DNA of 64,000 nucleotides, from assembly GCA_027315065.1 (NCBI GenBank), contig DAHUYT010000004.1, positions 803 through 64,802 on the forward strand, given 5' to 3'. The notes beneath the pieces are model-generated. The model did no database searches. It worked only from the letters and a program-made list of their open reading frames with translations, and had not been told where the DNA came from. The translations under genes were made by a program, and so were the position numbers. Positions 46,468-55,806 of the stretch are shown here, in pieces. How positions within the stretch are numbered: position 1 is the first letter of the stretch; every line of letters begins with the position of its first letter. Source of the DNA: Nitrososphaerota archaeon (GTDB taxonomy: Archaea; Thermoproteota; Nitrososphaeria; Nitrososphaerales; Nitrosopumilaceae).

Positions 46468-47418
46468 TTGCAAGATATTTGTTCAAGACTTCAGTCGCTT
46501 GTATTTGATGCTGTTATGAGATGTAAATCTGAAAGCATTTCTCTATCGGGCGGTCTTGATTCGTCAATTCTTGCATCTTGTCTTGATGCCAAAACAATCC
46601 AGGCATATGTTATGGTGGCAGCAGATTTTCCATCAACAGACTTGGTGAATGCTCAACTGGTTGCTAAGTTAAATAACCTGAAACTAACTGTAATTTCTGC
46701 ATCTGTTGATGAATTATTACAAGCGATTGAGCACACAATCAAAATTCTTCGTGTTTTCAATCCGATCGAAATCCGAAATAGCATTGTACTTTATCTTACA
46801 ATGGAAAATGCAAAGCATGACGGCTTCAAGTCTATTATGACAGGTGATGGGGCAGATGAGCTTTTTGCAGGCTATCACTTCTTTCAAAGAATGTCGCAAC
46901 ATGAACTGCAAAAAGATCTTGAACGAATATGGAAAATAATGCATTTTCCGTCTGTGCCAATATCAGGAGCTCTAGGAATGTCCCTTCTGACACCATTTCT
47001 TGATAAAAAAATTGTAGAATATGCAAAATCAATACCGCCAGAACTCAAGGTTCATGAAGAAAACGGAAAAAAATATGGTAAATGGATTCTAAGAAAAACA
47101 TTTGACAACATGTTACCACGATCAATTATATGGAGAGATAAAGATGCAATGCAAGATGGCTCAGGCACAAATGGACTGACCCATTTTTTTAATAGTCTAA
47201 TATCAGATTCAGTCTTTTCGGAAAAGATTAAAAATTATCTAAAAGAAGAACAAATCGAGTTATTATCAAAAGAAGCACTATATTATTACGAGATCTATCG
47301 GAGATACTATGACTATCCTATTAGGCTTGGATCGTCAAAAAACAGATGTCGATACTGTAATCATCCTATTGAGGAGGATTCACATTTTTGCCGAATGTGC
47401 GGGGCCTTTCCTGTCTAA
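46468..47418 (+). CDS. Asparagine-synthase C-terminal (PP-loop) domain protein with C-terminal zinc ribbon
   Basis: LSGGLDSS, TGDGADELFAGY, K.ILRK, CRYC..CRMC. Confidence 0.82.
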   Translation: MQDICSRLQSLVFDAVMRCKSESISLSGGLDSSILASCLDAKTIQAYVMVAADFPSTDLVNAQLVAKLNNLKLTVISASVDELLQAIEHTIKILRVFNPIEIRNSIVLYLTMENAKHDGFKSIMTGDGADELFAGYHFFQRMSQHELQKDLERIWKIMHFPSVPISGALGMSLLTPFLDKKIVEYAKSIPPELKVHEENGKKYGKWILRKTFDNMLPRSIIWRDKDAMQDGSGTNGLTHFFNSLISDSVFSEKIKNYLKEEQIELLSKEALYYYEIYRRYYDYPIRLGSSKNRCRYCNHPIEEDSHFCRMCGAFPV

Positions 47419-47558
47419 TCCTTTTTCCACTTGTTAGGTTTTCTTACAAAAATTCTCTTACAACCATGACAACAAAAGTAATATTTTTTTCCTTTATATT
47501 CATGTTCAAGAGCAAGCTTCTCATCAAGCTCTATCCCGCAGACTGGATCTACTGGCAT
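47415..47558 (-). CDS. YHS/TRASH-domain small metal-binding protein
   Basis: MPVDPVCG...YYFCCHGC; ATG at 47558. Confidence 0.85.
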   Translation of the reverse strand: MPVDPVCGIELDEKLALEHEYKGKKYYFCCHGCKRIFVRKPNKWKKD

Positions 47559-47598
47559 GTTTTGGTTCTTCTGTCGTTTGTATTTAAAACTTACACAA

Positions 47599-48705
47599 TT
47601 ACGATGACAATTCATTAACAAGATCAGAAAATTCTTTCTCACTTAAAACAGGAATTTTTGTTAATTCTAAATTCTCGTCTACATGAGAAAGAGATTTTTG
47701 TCCTACCAATGGTGCTATGACACCAGGTGTGGACCTGACAAATTGAATTGCTCTATGAGATGACCGTGTTAATTCCCCAAATTCAGGTAAGATTTTTGGA
47801 CCTAGTAATTTTGACTGCATGAGGGGAACACTTGTGAAAACTCCCATTCCAAGTTTGGCTGCCGCCTCAAAAATATTGAATGTCATGTCATCCTGTATCT
47901 GATTCCTCATGGTCAGAGCTTGATCTAAATGCATGTTATACGGAAGTTGTATGAACTTGAATCCATTTTCAGAACCTCCGACATCTCTAGCTATTTTGGC
48001 AATCTCAAAAATAGAGAGATATTGTGAATGCCCCTGTGGTACTCTAAAACAATCCCATGTGGCCATTCCATAGTATCTTATTGTTCCAGACTTTCTTTGA
48101 TCTTCGTAAAACTTGAACACCTCTCCAAGTCTTCTCATGAATTCATCCTTTGTCATGTCATGGAGTTGTCCTTCAGCAGCATTGTGCAAATACATCAAGT
48201 CAATGCACTCTAGTCCTAAGTTACTGAGACTTCTGTTTAATTGATCTTGAAGATATGGTAGTGTCATGCAATGGTATCCAGAAGATATATCTCCAGATTT
48301 GATTATGCCAGGTTTTACAAGGGTATTTTGAATATTCTGCCAAAAATCTTCTTTCACGTCACCATCATTTGTTATGTAACCATTTTTTGTACTTACAAAT
48401 AGTTGATCTCTTCTTATCTTGTTTTTTTCAATTAGTTGAGTGATTGCTTTGCCTATTGATCTTTCTGCTTTCTGTGCCCTATAGTTGATGGCGGTATCTA
48501 TTACATTTATCCCCAAGGTAGTTGATTTTATCACCGCATCCCTGACTAGCATGTCAGTCGCGTCGTCTGGATTTCCAAGATACGTACCTATCCCAATAGA
48601 TGATAACGTTAATCCATCAAATTGTTTGAAGTGATTTTTTGCAACATTTGGATGATTATCTGCAAACTTGGCAGTTCCTTCTGATGTGGCATGCCCGGTT
48701 ATCAC
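47599..48705 (-). CDS. Aldo/keto reductase
   Basis: IGIGTY, DTAINY, STKNG, DLMYLHN, QLPYN. Confidence 0.88.
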   Translation of the reverse strand: MITGHATSEGTAKFADNHPNVAKNHFKQFDGLTLSSIGIGTYLGNPDDATDMLVRDAVIKSTTLGINVIDTAINYRAQKAERSIGKAITQLIEKNKIRRDQLFVSTKNGYITNDGDVKEDFWQNIQNTLVKPGIIKSGDISSGYHCMTLPYLQDQLNRSLSNLGLECIDLMYLHNAAEGQLHDMTKDEFMRRLGEVFKFYEDQRKSGTIRYYGMATWDCFRVPQGHSQYLSIFEIAKIARDVGGSENGFKFIQLPYNMHLDQALTMRNQIQDDMTFNIFEAAAKLGMGVFTSVPLMQSKLLGPKILPEFGELTRSSHRAIQFVRSTPGVIAPLVGQKSLSHVDENLELTKIPVLSEKEFSDLVNELSS

Positions 48706-48735
48706 AAAATGGCTTTAGTCATGGTTGATTTAACT

Positions 48736-49638
48736 CTACTGAACAATTTTCATTATGTGATCTACAATAAAGCTTACGACAAGTAAAACCCCCGTAATTC
48801 TGCTATATGACACAAAGTTTTTCATTATTGGAACAAATTCTTCTACCTTATCAAATTTTTGTTTCAAGGACATACCAGATTTTATTACAATGGGTATGGT
48901 GACAAATGTGATAAGAGATATGATTGGGAAGAAATGTAATGCGACAGCAGTTATGATTACTCCATATGATATAGCTGGGAAAACCCATATGCTAGCAGCA
49001 GCTTTTGCTCTTCCAAGTAATATGACAAGTGTTCTTCTTCCATGTGACTTGTCTGCATCATGATCTGGGAATGAATTTACAAAGAGAACAGTTGATGATA
49101 AAACCCCCGAGATTATGCCGGCAAGTATGGGCTCAACGGTTATTTGGGAGACCTGTACAAAATATGTTCCAAGTACTATCATGGTACCCTTGATGGCAAC
49201 AAAGACTTCGCCTAGGCCTGAATCGACTATTCTTGTAGAATAAAAATAGATCGAAATAATTGCAAATCCCAAAATTACTGCAATAGTTATGCCTCTCTCA
49301 AATACAAAATATGTCCCAATTAATGCACCACAAACCAACAGAATGACTCCTGCACGGTAGACTTTTGATGGATCGAGTAACCCTTCTGGTAAAACCCCAG
49401 TACCACCGCTGAATTTGGTTCTCTTAGTTTCAATATCTATTTTTCTTTTATAATCCCAGTAGTCATTGAGTAAGTCTACACTTGCATGTAATGCTATGAC
49501 ACCTCCAAATGTTAACAATGCAAATTCTAGGTTGATAGTTGTATTTTGCCACCAATTTATCGCCAGACCAAGAAAAACCGAGATTATTGACGCAAGTAGA
49601 AATTTGATTCGAACTATACGTAACCAAGATGACAGCAT
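48736..49638 (-). CDS. menA: UbiA-family prenyltransferase (MenA-like)
   Basis: NDYWDY..KID, NSFPD..AD..GRRTL; multiple TM segments. Confidence 0.8.
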   Translation of the reverse strand: MLSSWLRIVRIKFLLASIISVFLGLAINWWQNTTINLEFALLTFGGVIALHASVDLLNDYWDYKRKIDIETKRTKFSGGTGVLPEGLLDPSKVYRAGVILLVCGALIGTYFVFERGITIAVILGFAIISIYFYSTRIVDSGLGEVFVAIKGTMIVLGTYFVQVSQITVEPILAGIISGVLSSTVLFVNSFPDHDADKSHGRRTLVILLGRAKAAASIWVFPAISYGVIITAVALHFFPIISLITFVTIPIVIKSGMSLKQKFDKVEEFVPIMKNFVSYSRITGVLLVVSFIVDHIMKIVQ

Positions 49639-49696
49639 TATGTAATATTCAGGTATGGTCTATTTCGGTATATTGTCTATACTGAAGAGAGTCTGA

Positions 49697-50101
49697 TTAC
49701 CTCAATTTTTCCAAGTCTACACTTTCTACTGGTTTTCTACCATTGAAGCCTTCGTCCTTTCCATGCCAGAACTTGATCTCAGTCTCACCTTCTTTCCAAC
49801 AAAGCCATATTTCTTCATTAAATCGAAGTGACGGGAAATCTAATAATCCGTCATCTATGCTTTTTATGGTTACACCAGTATTTTCTATGTCTTCTATTGC
49901 TTTGTAAAAATTCGATACTACAGTATTGAGTTCTTGCTTCTTGATGATATATTCTTTGAAACCGTCCCTGTATCTGGAATCTGATTCCATCTCTGTTTGT
50001 ATTCTTATGACTGCATTTTTCAAATTTACCAGATCTTTAAACCTTTTAACCATGGAAGGTAGCATCGCATTTGCCTCTTTTAGAGTGAAATGAGAAAACA
50101 T
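49697..50101 (-). CDS. DUF2203-family protein
   Basis: FTL.EAN, GLLDFP, LCWK.GE..I.FWH..EGF.GR.P. Confidence 0.8.
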   Translation of the reverse strand: MFSHFTLKEANAMLPSMVKRFKDLVNLKNAVIRIQTEMESDSRYRDGFKEYIIKKQELNTVVSNFYKAIEDIENTGVTIKSIDDGLLDFPSLRFNEEIWLCWKEGETEIKFWHGKDEGFNGRKPVESVDLEKLR

Positions 50102-50134
50102 TACAAAACTGGCATGACGACCTAGTTAAAAGTA

Positions 50135-50995
50135 TTAAGTATCATTCAATGATGATATTAATTCCGCAATCATTCTTGATGCCAAGTGTGATGTTCTATC
50201 CTTGATGTCATAACTTGGGCACACTTCCATGATGTCAAGCCCTACAATATTGCCCTTACTTGCTATTGATTTGAGAATATATGATACCTCGAGATTTCCA
50301 AGTCCTAGTGGAACAGGAACTGAGACTCCTGGTGCATAAGCAGGATCTATTGCATCCATATCTACTGAAACATACACGCTTTTCCCAATCTTATCTAGTA
50401 TGGTGTCGCTAATTTTTACTATACCGTTTCTAAGTATGTCAAGGGGGGTTATCACTGACAAATTGTATTTTTTGATGTTGTCCATCTCTTCTTGTTCGGG
50501 AGTTCTTATCCCTATCTGGACACTTGATTTTATATCTATGTAGGGTAATATATCGTGCAAGACTGAACCATAATATCCACTAGACGAGCTAATAAAATCA
50601 GGGTGAGCGTCAAAATAAACTAGGGATATGGGTCCATACTTTTTGGATAGTGATTTAATGATCTCTGTAGAAATAGAATGATCTCCACCTATAGTTATCG
50701 GAATTTTTGATTTTGAAATTATCTTGCCTATTGCGTCATTAACTTCAGTCTTTAGTATGTTCCCATAATCGTAGACCTTTTTGTTTATCCCTCCAAGTGG
50801 GAATCCGGCAGAAGTTTGGTTGTCTCTCTTGTAGGTATCTCTTATGTTGGAAATCTCTCTTATCCTGTGAGGCGCTTCCGAAGTACCTTTACGTAGTGAA
50901 TGAGATTTTGATTCGTCAGGAACTCCTAAAATAACAACATTTGATTCGTCAAAGTTCTCAGTGTTTGCCCAACATATCTTCATCCTTATACTCAT
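50135..50995 (-). CDS. Ureohydrolase (agmatinase/arginase family)
   Basis: GGDHS, DAHPD, DMDAIDP, APGVS.P, E..P. Confidence 0.88.
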   Translation of the reverse strand: MSIRMKICWANTENFDESNVVILGVPDESKSHSLRKGTSEAPHRIREISNIRDTYKRDNQTSAGFPLGGINKKVYDYGNILKTEVNDAIGKIISKSKIPITIGGDHSISTEIIKSLSKKYGPISLVYFDAHPDFISSSSGYYGSVLHDILPYIDIKSSVQIGIRTPEQEEMDNIKKYNLSVITPLDILRNGIVKISDTILDKIGKSVYVSVDMDAIDPAYAPGVSVPVPLGLGNLEVSYILKSIASKGNIVGLDIMEVCPSYDIKDRTSHLASRMIAELISSLNDT

Positions 50996-51053
50996 AATTT
51001 GTAATTATAAAAAATTGACTAGTGAACATACAAGTATAACGATACAACACCGG

Positions 51054-52052
51054 CTAGATCTGATAAGATATGTCTCCAACTTGTAATCTTTGGGTTCTTC
51101 CCTTACTTGAAACCAATAATGCTCCATCATCATCTATTCCCAGAACTCTTCCTTTTATTTCTCCGTTGGGTGATGATATGCTGACATTTTTCCCAATTGT
51201 CGAGGATCTTTTTTCCCACTCGTTTTTGATTCCATGAAGTTTGTTTGCGACTAGTTTGTCGTATAGTTGCTCAAATTCATACAGGAATGTTTGAAGCAGT
51301 AGTACGGGGCGTGACTCTTCTTTCTTGCCTACCAGTGTTGTCACCCCATAAAAATTCTCCGAACTCTTGACAATCTTAGTTATCTTGCTAGGCTGAATCT
51401 TGAAATTTATTCCAACGCCAATTATCAAGTAATCTATCTGATTAGATTCGATGGATGCATCAACTAGTATTCCAGCTACCTTCTTATCGTCCAAAGTAAG
51501 ATCATTTGGCCACTTTAACTTAGGCTTTAAATTCAATACTTTTTCTATGGCAACACAAAGAGCAAGCGAGGCAAGCATGGGAAATAATGAAGCTTGTGAA
51601 ATCTCAAAATTAGGCTTGAGAATGACTGATAACCATATGCCGCCACTTGGAGACACCCATTTCTTATTTTGCCTTCCTCTGCCGTGAGTTTGTCGTTCTG
51701 ATATTATGATAGTGCCATTCTCATGAGGCTTTGATGATATCTTTAATGCAAAATTCTGTGTTGAATCAATTGTGTTAAAATAATATATTTTTCTCCCAAT
51801 AGTTTCTGTCTGCAATCCGTCTGAAATTTCCCATGGCAGCATCAGATTTGTTTTGGCAATTAATCTGTATCCGAATTTCTGTTTTGATCTTATTTTGTAA
51901 CCTAAGGACTGGAGTTTTTTTATATTCTTCCAGACAGCTGCCCTACTAAGCCCTAATGATCTACCTATGTATTCTCCGGAAATAAATTCTGATTGATGAG
52001 ATTTTAGTAATCTGATTATCTTATCCGGGATGTCATCAAATGAGGTATACAT
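51054..52052 (-). CDS. birA: Biotin--protein ligase with N-terminal wHTH (BirA class II)
   Basis: SRAAVWKNI, STQN, QT.GRGR, KWPND, K.AGIL; ATG at 52052 preferred. Confidence 0.92.
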   Translation of the reverse strand: MYTSFDDIPDKIIRLLKSHQSEFISGEYIGRSLGLSRAAVWKNIKKLQSLGYKIRSKQKFGYRLIAKTNLMLPWEISDGLQTETIGRKIYYFNTIDSTQNFALKISSKPHENGTIIISERQTHGRGRQNKKWVSPSGGIWLSVILKPNFEISQASLFPMLASLALCVAIEKVLNLKPKLKWPNDLTLDDKKVAGILVDASIESNQIDYLIIGVGINFKIQPSKITKIVKSSENFYGVTTLVGKKEESRPVLLLQTFLYEFEQLYDKLVANKLHGIKNEWEKRSSTIGKNVSISSPNGEIKGRVLGIDDDGALLVSSKGRTQRLQVGDISYQI

Positions 52053-52086
52053 GTGTTGTTTGCTTGACAAATTAACATTGGAGGTT

Positions 52087-52749
52087 TTACTCTTCAAGTA
52101 ATTTTCTGATGTTTTCTTCAAGGGAATCATTTTGACCAAATATGACATCTCTGAGTATTCCTTTCTTATCAATTAGAATGGAGGACGGTGTTCCACGCAG
52201 AGCATACTGCTCAAATGTCTGAGCGGCGTATTCTTTATTTTTTATATATTGCTTGACACGCTCAATAATGTCTAGTTTTTGATGTTCATTGTATGAATAA
52301 AATTCCGACACATTTGCTTCTATGATCTCATTTATTTTCTCTTGACTCACTGGACCCTCTTCTTTCTTCAAAAGATCCATGCCGACAGGAAATGGAATCT
52401 TATATGGCAGTTTTTTTCCATCTACAAGTTTACCATACTGTCCTAATGCTCTGAGTGTCTCGCCTATTGTCTCACCTTTTGTCAGAAGAAGTTCGAGATT
52501 ATCGATGGTATTTTTATCAAAATCCTCGAATGCGGTTGAAACACCAAGAACTGTAACCCCGTCTTTACGGTACTTGTTGTAAATGCCAATTGCCTGTGGT
52601 ATTCCATACAAAAAACATCCTGGACAATTTACTTGGAACACCTCAACTAACACAACGTTGTCTTTTTCTTTATCTATGTTGGTGGGTAATCCCTGTACCC
52701 ATTTTGAGATTCCAAGATTTGGTGCCTTTGAACCTATTTTTGCAATCAT
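52087..52749 (-). CDS. Thioredoxin-fold TlpA/AhpC-like protein
   Basis: FQVNCPGC, GTPS.ILID..G; ATG at 52749 preferred. Confidence 0.8.
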   Translation of the reverse strand: MIAKIGSKAPNLGISKWVQGLPTNIDKEKDNVVLVEVFQVNCPGCFLYGIPQAIGIYNKYRKDGVTVLGVSTAFEDFDKNTIDNLELLLTKGETIGETLRALGQYGKLVDGKKLPYKIPFPVGMDLLKKEEGPVSQEKINEIIEANVSEFYSYNEHQKLDIIERVKQYIKNKEYAAQTFEQYALRGTPSSILIDKKGILRDVIFGQNDSLEENIRKLLEE

Positions 52750-52940
52750 GAATAACATTTGGGATGTGATTTGATATCTATTTCTTTGTGCGTTATTTCT
52801 TATCAATGGTATAATACACTGCAATGGCCTATCAATTGTGATCTTATTTTGCTAGTCAAACGGTGTCCTAATCTTGGAATAAACAGGAATTGGGAGGAAT
52901 CATGGAAATTCTTTTATATGCGTAGTCTATAGCTAAAACC

Positions 52941-53318
52941 ATGTCGTCCAAGTTACCGGTAGTACTGTTGTTAACAGTAGTTCTGATGGCGTCTGTTGCT
53001 GTATCAACAATTCCAGCATCACATGCTTTGATACAAAGAAACTTCAACTACCTAAATGATCAACAGATAACAGTGAGAACCGGAGATACCAAGGTCTGTG
53101 GAGATCACTTATGTGCGCCTGGGGAATGGGATAAGATGCAACAACAGATTGCTAATGCGCAGTTTGGCAATCAAACTGGAAAAAATGGAACATCTTCAAC
53201 CGCAGCACCTGCAACGTCTAGTGCGTCAAATCTTTGCAATATCGTAAAATCTGCACTTAATAACGCAAATGTCCCTGCTACCACAACACAAGAAGTACTT
53301 TCAAAACTAGGCTGTTAA
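52941..53318 (+). CDS. Small secreted Cys-containing protein
   Basis: Signal peptide ending near ASHA; VCGDHLC motif; T/S/A linker; second Cys pair. Confidence 0.75.
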   Translation: MSSKLPVVLLLTVVLMASVAVSTIPASHALIQRNFNYLNDQQITVRTGDTKVCGDHLCAPGEWDKMQQQIANAQFGNQTGKNGTSSTAAPATSSASNLCNIVKSALNNANVPATTTQEVLSKLGC

Positions 53319-53771
53319 AAAGACCAATTTCAAATCTCTTTTTTTAGAACTCTGCCTGTAATTAGAATTCAAAAGTTTATGTCAAAACCGTTCATGTGTG
53401 ATTGTCCGTTATATCTATGGCATATACATGATGTTCTAACAATTGGTATCATTTGTGGGATCAGAAGTTTCATGCCCTTGGTATATCTGTATTATGCTAG
53501 ATTAGACAGGCAAAAGTATGGTAACGACATCCTTCCTTCATTCCTGCAAATTCCTTCACTTCTATCACCACAGTTAACCCATAGATTTCAAGCCATGTAT
53601 GAAATGTGTACTGATCTCTTTGGTCAATCTATGACTATTTCTACACTGATTTTTTAGCGTCTCAGCATGGGAAATGACACCACTTGGATCTTTCTGTCGT
53701 GAGATAAGATCTGTACACTTCCATGAATTGTTCCACGATAATCTATTAAGAGGAATGATCATGCACAAACC

Positions 53772-54191
53772 ATGGAAAGAGATCCGCACTCTGATGAGCA
53801 AATAAAGACCATCTATGCGTTAAAAAATATAGCCGTTGTAGGTATGTCCAAGAATCCAGAAAAGGCAGCACATTATGTACCGAAATACCTTGCAGAACAA
53901 GGTTACCACATAATCCCGATTAATCCTACAACTGATGAGATTCTTGGGAAAAAATGTTATCCGAGTTTATTGGAAGTTCAAGTCCCGATAGACATTGTCG
54001 ATGTTTTCAGGCCGTCTGATCAAGTAAAACCAGTAGTTGATGATGCAATAAAGATAAAACCAAAAGTGATCTGGTTACAAGAAGGAATTCATAATCTAGA
54101 AGCGGAGTCACTAGCAAAAAAAGCAGGAATAGATATTGTCTTTAACAGATGTATGCTTGCAGAACACCAGCGACTATTCCAGACATGGTAG
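53772..54191 (+). CDS. CoA-binding protein (YccU-like)
   Basis: IAVVGMS..P, DIVDVFR, WLQEG, RCM..EH. Confidence 0.88.
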   Translation: MERDPHSDEQIKTIYALKNIAVVGMSKNPEKAAHYVPKYLAEQGYHIIPINPTTDEILGKKCYPSLLEVQVPIDIVDVFRPSDQVKPVVDDAIKIKPKVIWLQEGIHNLEAESLAKKAGIDIVFNRCMLAEHQRLFQTW

Positions 54192-54547
54192 AAGACTTTA
54201 CAAAGTTTTGTGATGCTCTTTCAGATCTGATAAAATCATTTGAACAAAAAAATGTACTAATAAAGATGACACCTGACACCGATTACGATATTGTCAAGAT
54301 ATATGGAGAGAGATCAGACGCGCTTGCACGTGCAAAAACAGGACTCGAGGAAGTTGCAGAGCTTGCATATGATACGGCTGAACATCATCCATACTGGAAT
54401 TTACTGTATGATGGTGTACAAATAATAAAAACGGTCTTAGACAAATGGAGTGATACATTAACGGAGGAAGAACTTGAGGAAATCAAGTGGTATGCAGACA
54501 AGATAAAAAATTCACTTGGAAATGTCTCAAGTGATCATGATGAATAA
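54185..54547 (+). CDS. Hypothetical protein
   Basis: ATG at 54185 overlaps the upstream stop; helical, acidic sequence. Confidence 0.7.
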   Translation: MVEDFTKFCDALSDLIKSFEQKNVLIKMTPDTDYDIVKIYGERSDALARAKTGLEEVAELAYDTAEHHPYWNLLYDGVQIIKTVLDKWSDTLTEEELEEIKWYADKIKNSLGNVSSDHDE

Positions 54548-54588
54548 TCTACAACAGAGATAAATAGCAAGGATTACGAGATGAATCC

Positions 54589-55806
54589 ATGCCAATAAAA
54601 ATTGGCCTTATCGGTAAAACAAATACGGGGAAAACCACGTTTTTTAACGCTGCCACTTTATCAGGTGGAGAGATCTCAACTTATCCATTTACAACAAAGA
54701 AACCAGAGCACGGCACAGGGAACGCAATAACACCATGTGTTCACACGGAATTTAATATGCAGGATAATCCTCAAAATTCAAAATGCGTTGATGGGTGGAG
54801 ATTTATACCTATTGAGCTCATCGATCTTCCTGGTCTAATAAAAGGAGCTTGGGCAGGGAAAGGACTAGGTAACCAATTTCTTTCTGTTGCAACTCAATCT
54901 GACGCTCTCTTGCATATAGTGGATGTATCAGGTGGTGTGGATGCTGCTGGACGAATAACAGAACTTGGTCAAGGAGACCCAATTGCCGATGTATCTGATA
55001 TTGAAGAGGAATTGACAATGTGGTATCAAAAACTTTTAGAAGGTAACAGGGACAAAATATCAAAACTAGTCCACTCTGAAATCGAGCTAGTTGTAGCAAT
55101 CACTGATGTCTTCAGAGGCATAGGTGTCAAAGAAAGTCATGTAAAGGAGACTATGAGAGTCACTGGTCTTGAAGACAAACACTTTGATAATTTTGATATG
55201 ATTGATAGCAAAAAATTCTCTGCACATTTACGAAAGATTTCAAAACCTACGCTAATAGTGGCAAATAAAATCGATCTTGCAGGTGCAGACAAAAATTTTG
55301 ATAGGTTACGTGAAAAGCATATAGATACAATAATCATACCTGCCAGTGCTGACAGTGAACTTTCTCTGAGGCGTGCAGAACAAAAGAGGTTGATAAAATA
55401 TATTCCAGGCTCAGAACAGTTTGAAATACTTCACCAGGAAGCGTTAAATAAAAAACAACTGGAAGCTTTAGAGTTTATCACAAAAGGCATACTAGGTGAA
55501 TACATGAGAACAGGTGTACAGTTTGCAATCAATGTTACCGTCTTCAAATTGCTGAAGATGAATTCTGTTTATCCTGTTGCAGATCCTGAGAAATTATCAG
55601 ATAAAAAAGGACACGTTCTACCTGATCTTATGCTCCTGAAAGATGGTTCGACAATAGAAGATTTGGCAAAAGAAATTCACTCCGATTTGACTAAGGGACT
55701 TCTTTATGCAAAGGATGTCCGATATGGAGTAAGATTACCAACCAATTATCAGTTACGTGATAGGGATATCGTATCATTGGTAAGCGCACACACAAAAAAA
55801 TCTTAA
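54589..55806 (+). CDS. ychF: YchF/OLA1-like GTPase/ATPase (archaeal)
   Basis: GKTNTGKT, YPFTT, DLPGL..GA..G.GLGNQFL, NKID, TGS domain. Confidence 0.88.
   Translation: MPIKIGLIGKTNTGKTTFFNAATLSGGEISTYPFTTKKPEHGTGNAITPCVHTEFNMQDNPQNSKCVDGWRFIPIELIDLPGLIKGAWAGKGLGNQFLSVATQSDALLHIVDVSGGVDAAGRITELGQGDPIADVSDIEEELTMWYQKLLEGNRDKISKLVHSEIELVVAITDVFRGIGVKESHVKETMRVTGLEDKHFDNFDMIDSKKFSAHLRKISKPTLIVANKIDLAGADKNFDRLREKHIDTIIIPASADSELSLRRAEQKRLIKYIPGSEQFEILHQEALNKKQLEALEFITKGILGEYMRTGVQFAINVTVFKLLKMNSVYPVADPEKLSDKKGHVLPDLMLLKDGSTIEDLAKEIHSDLTKGLLYAKDVRYGVRLPTNYQLRDRDIVSLVSAHTKKS

Noticed and set aside
53379-53801. Track ORFs 53379-53657 (+) and 53574-53801 (-)
   Set aside because: No recognisable motifs, atypical composition, and they overlap each other and the next gene.
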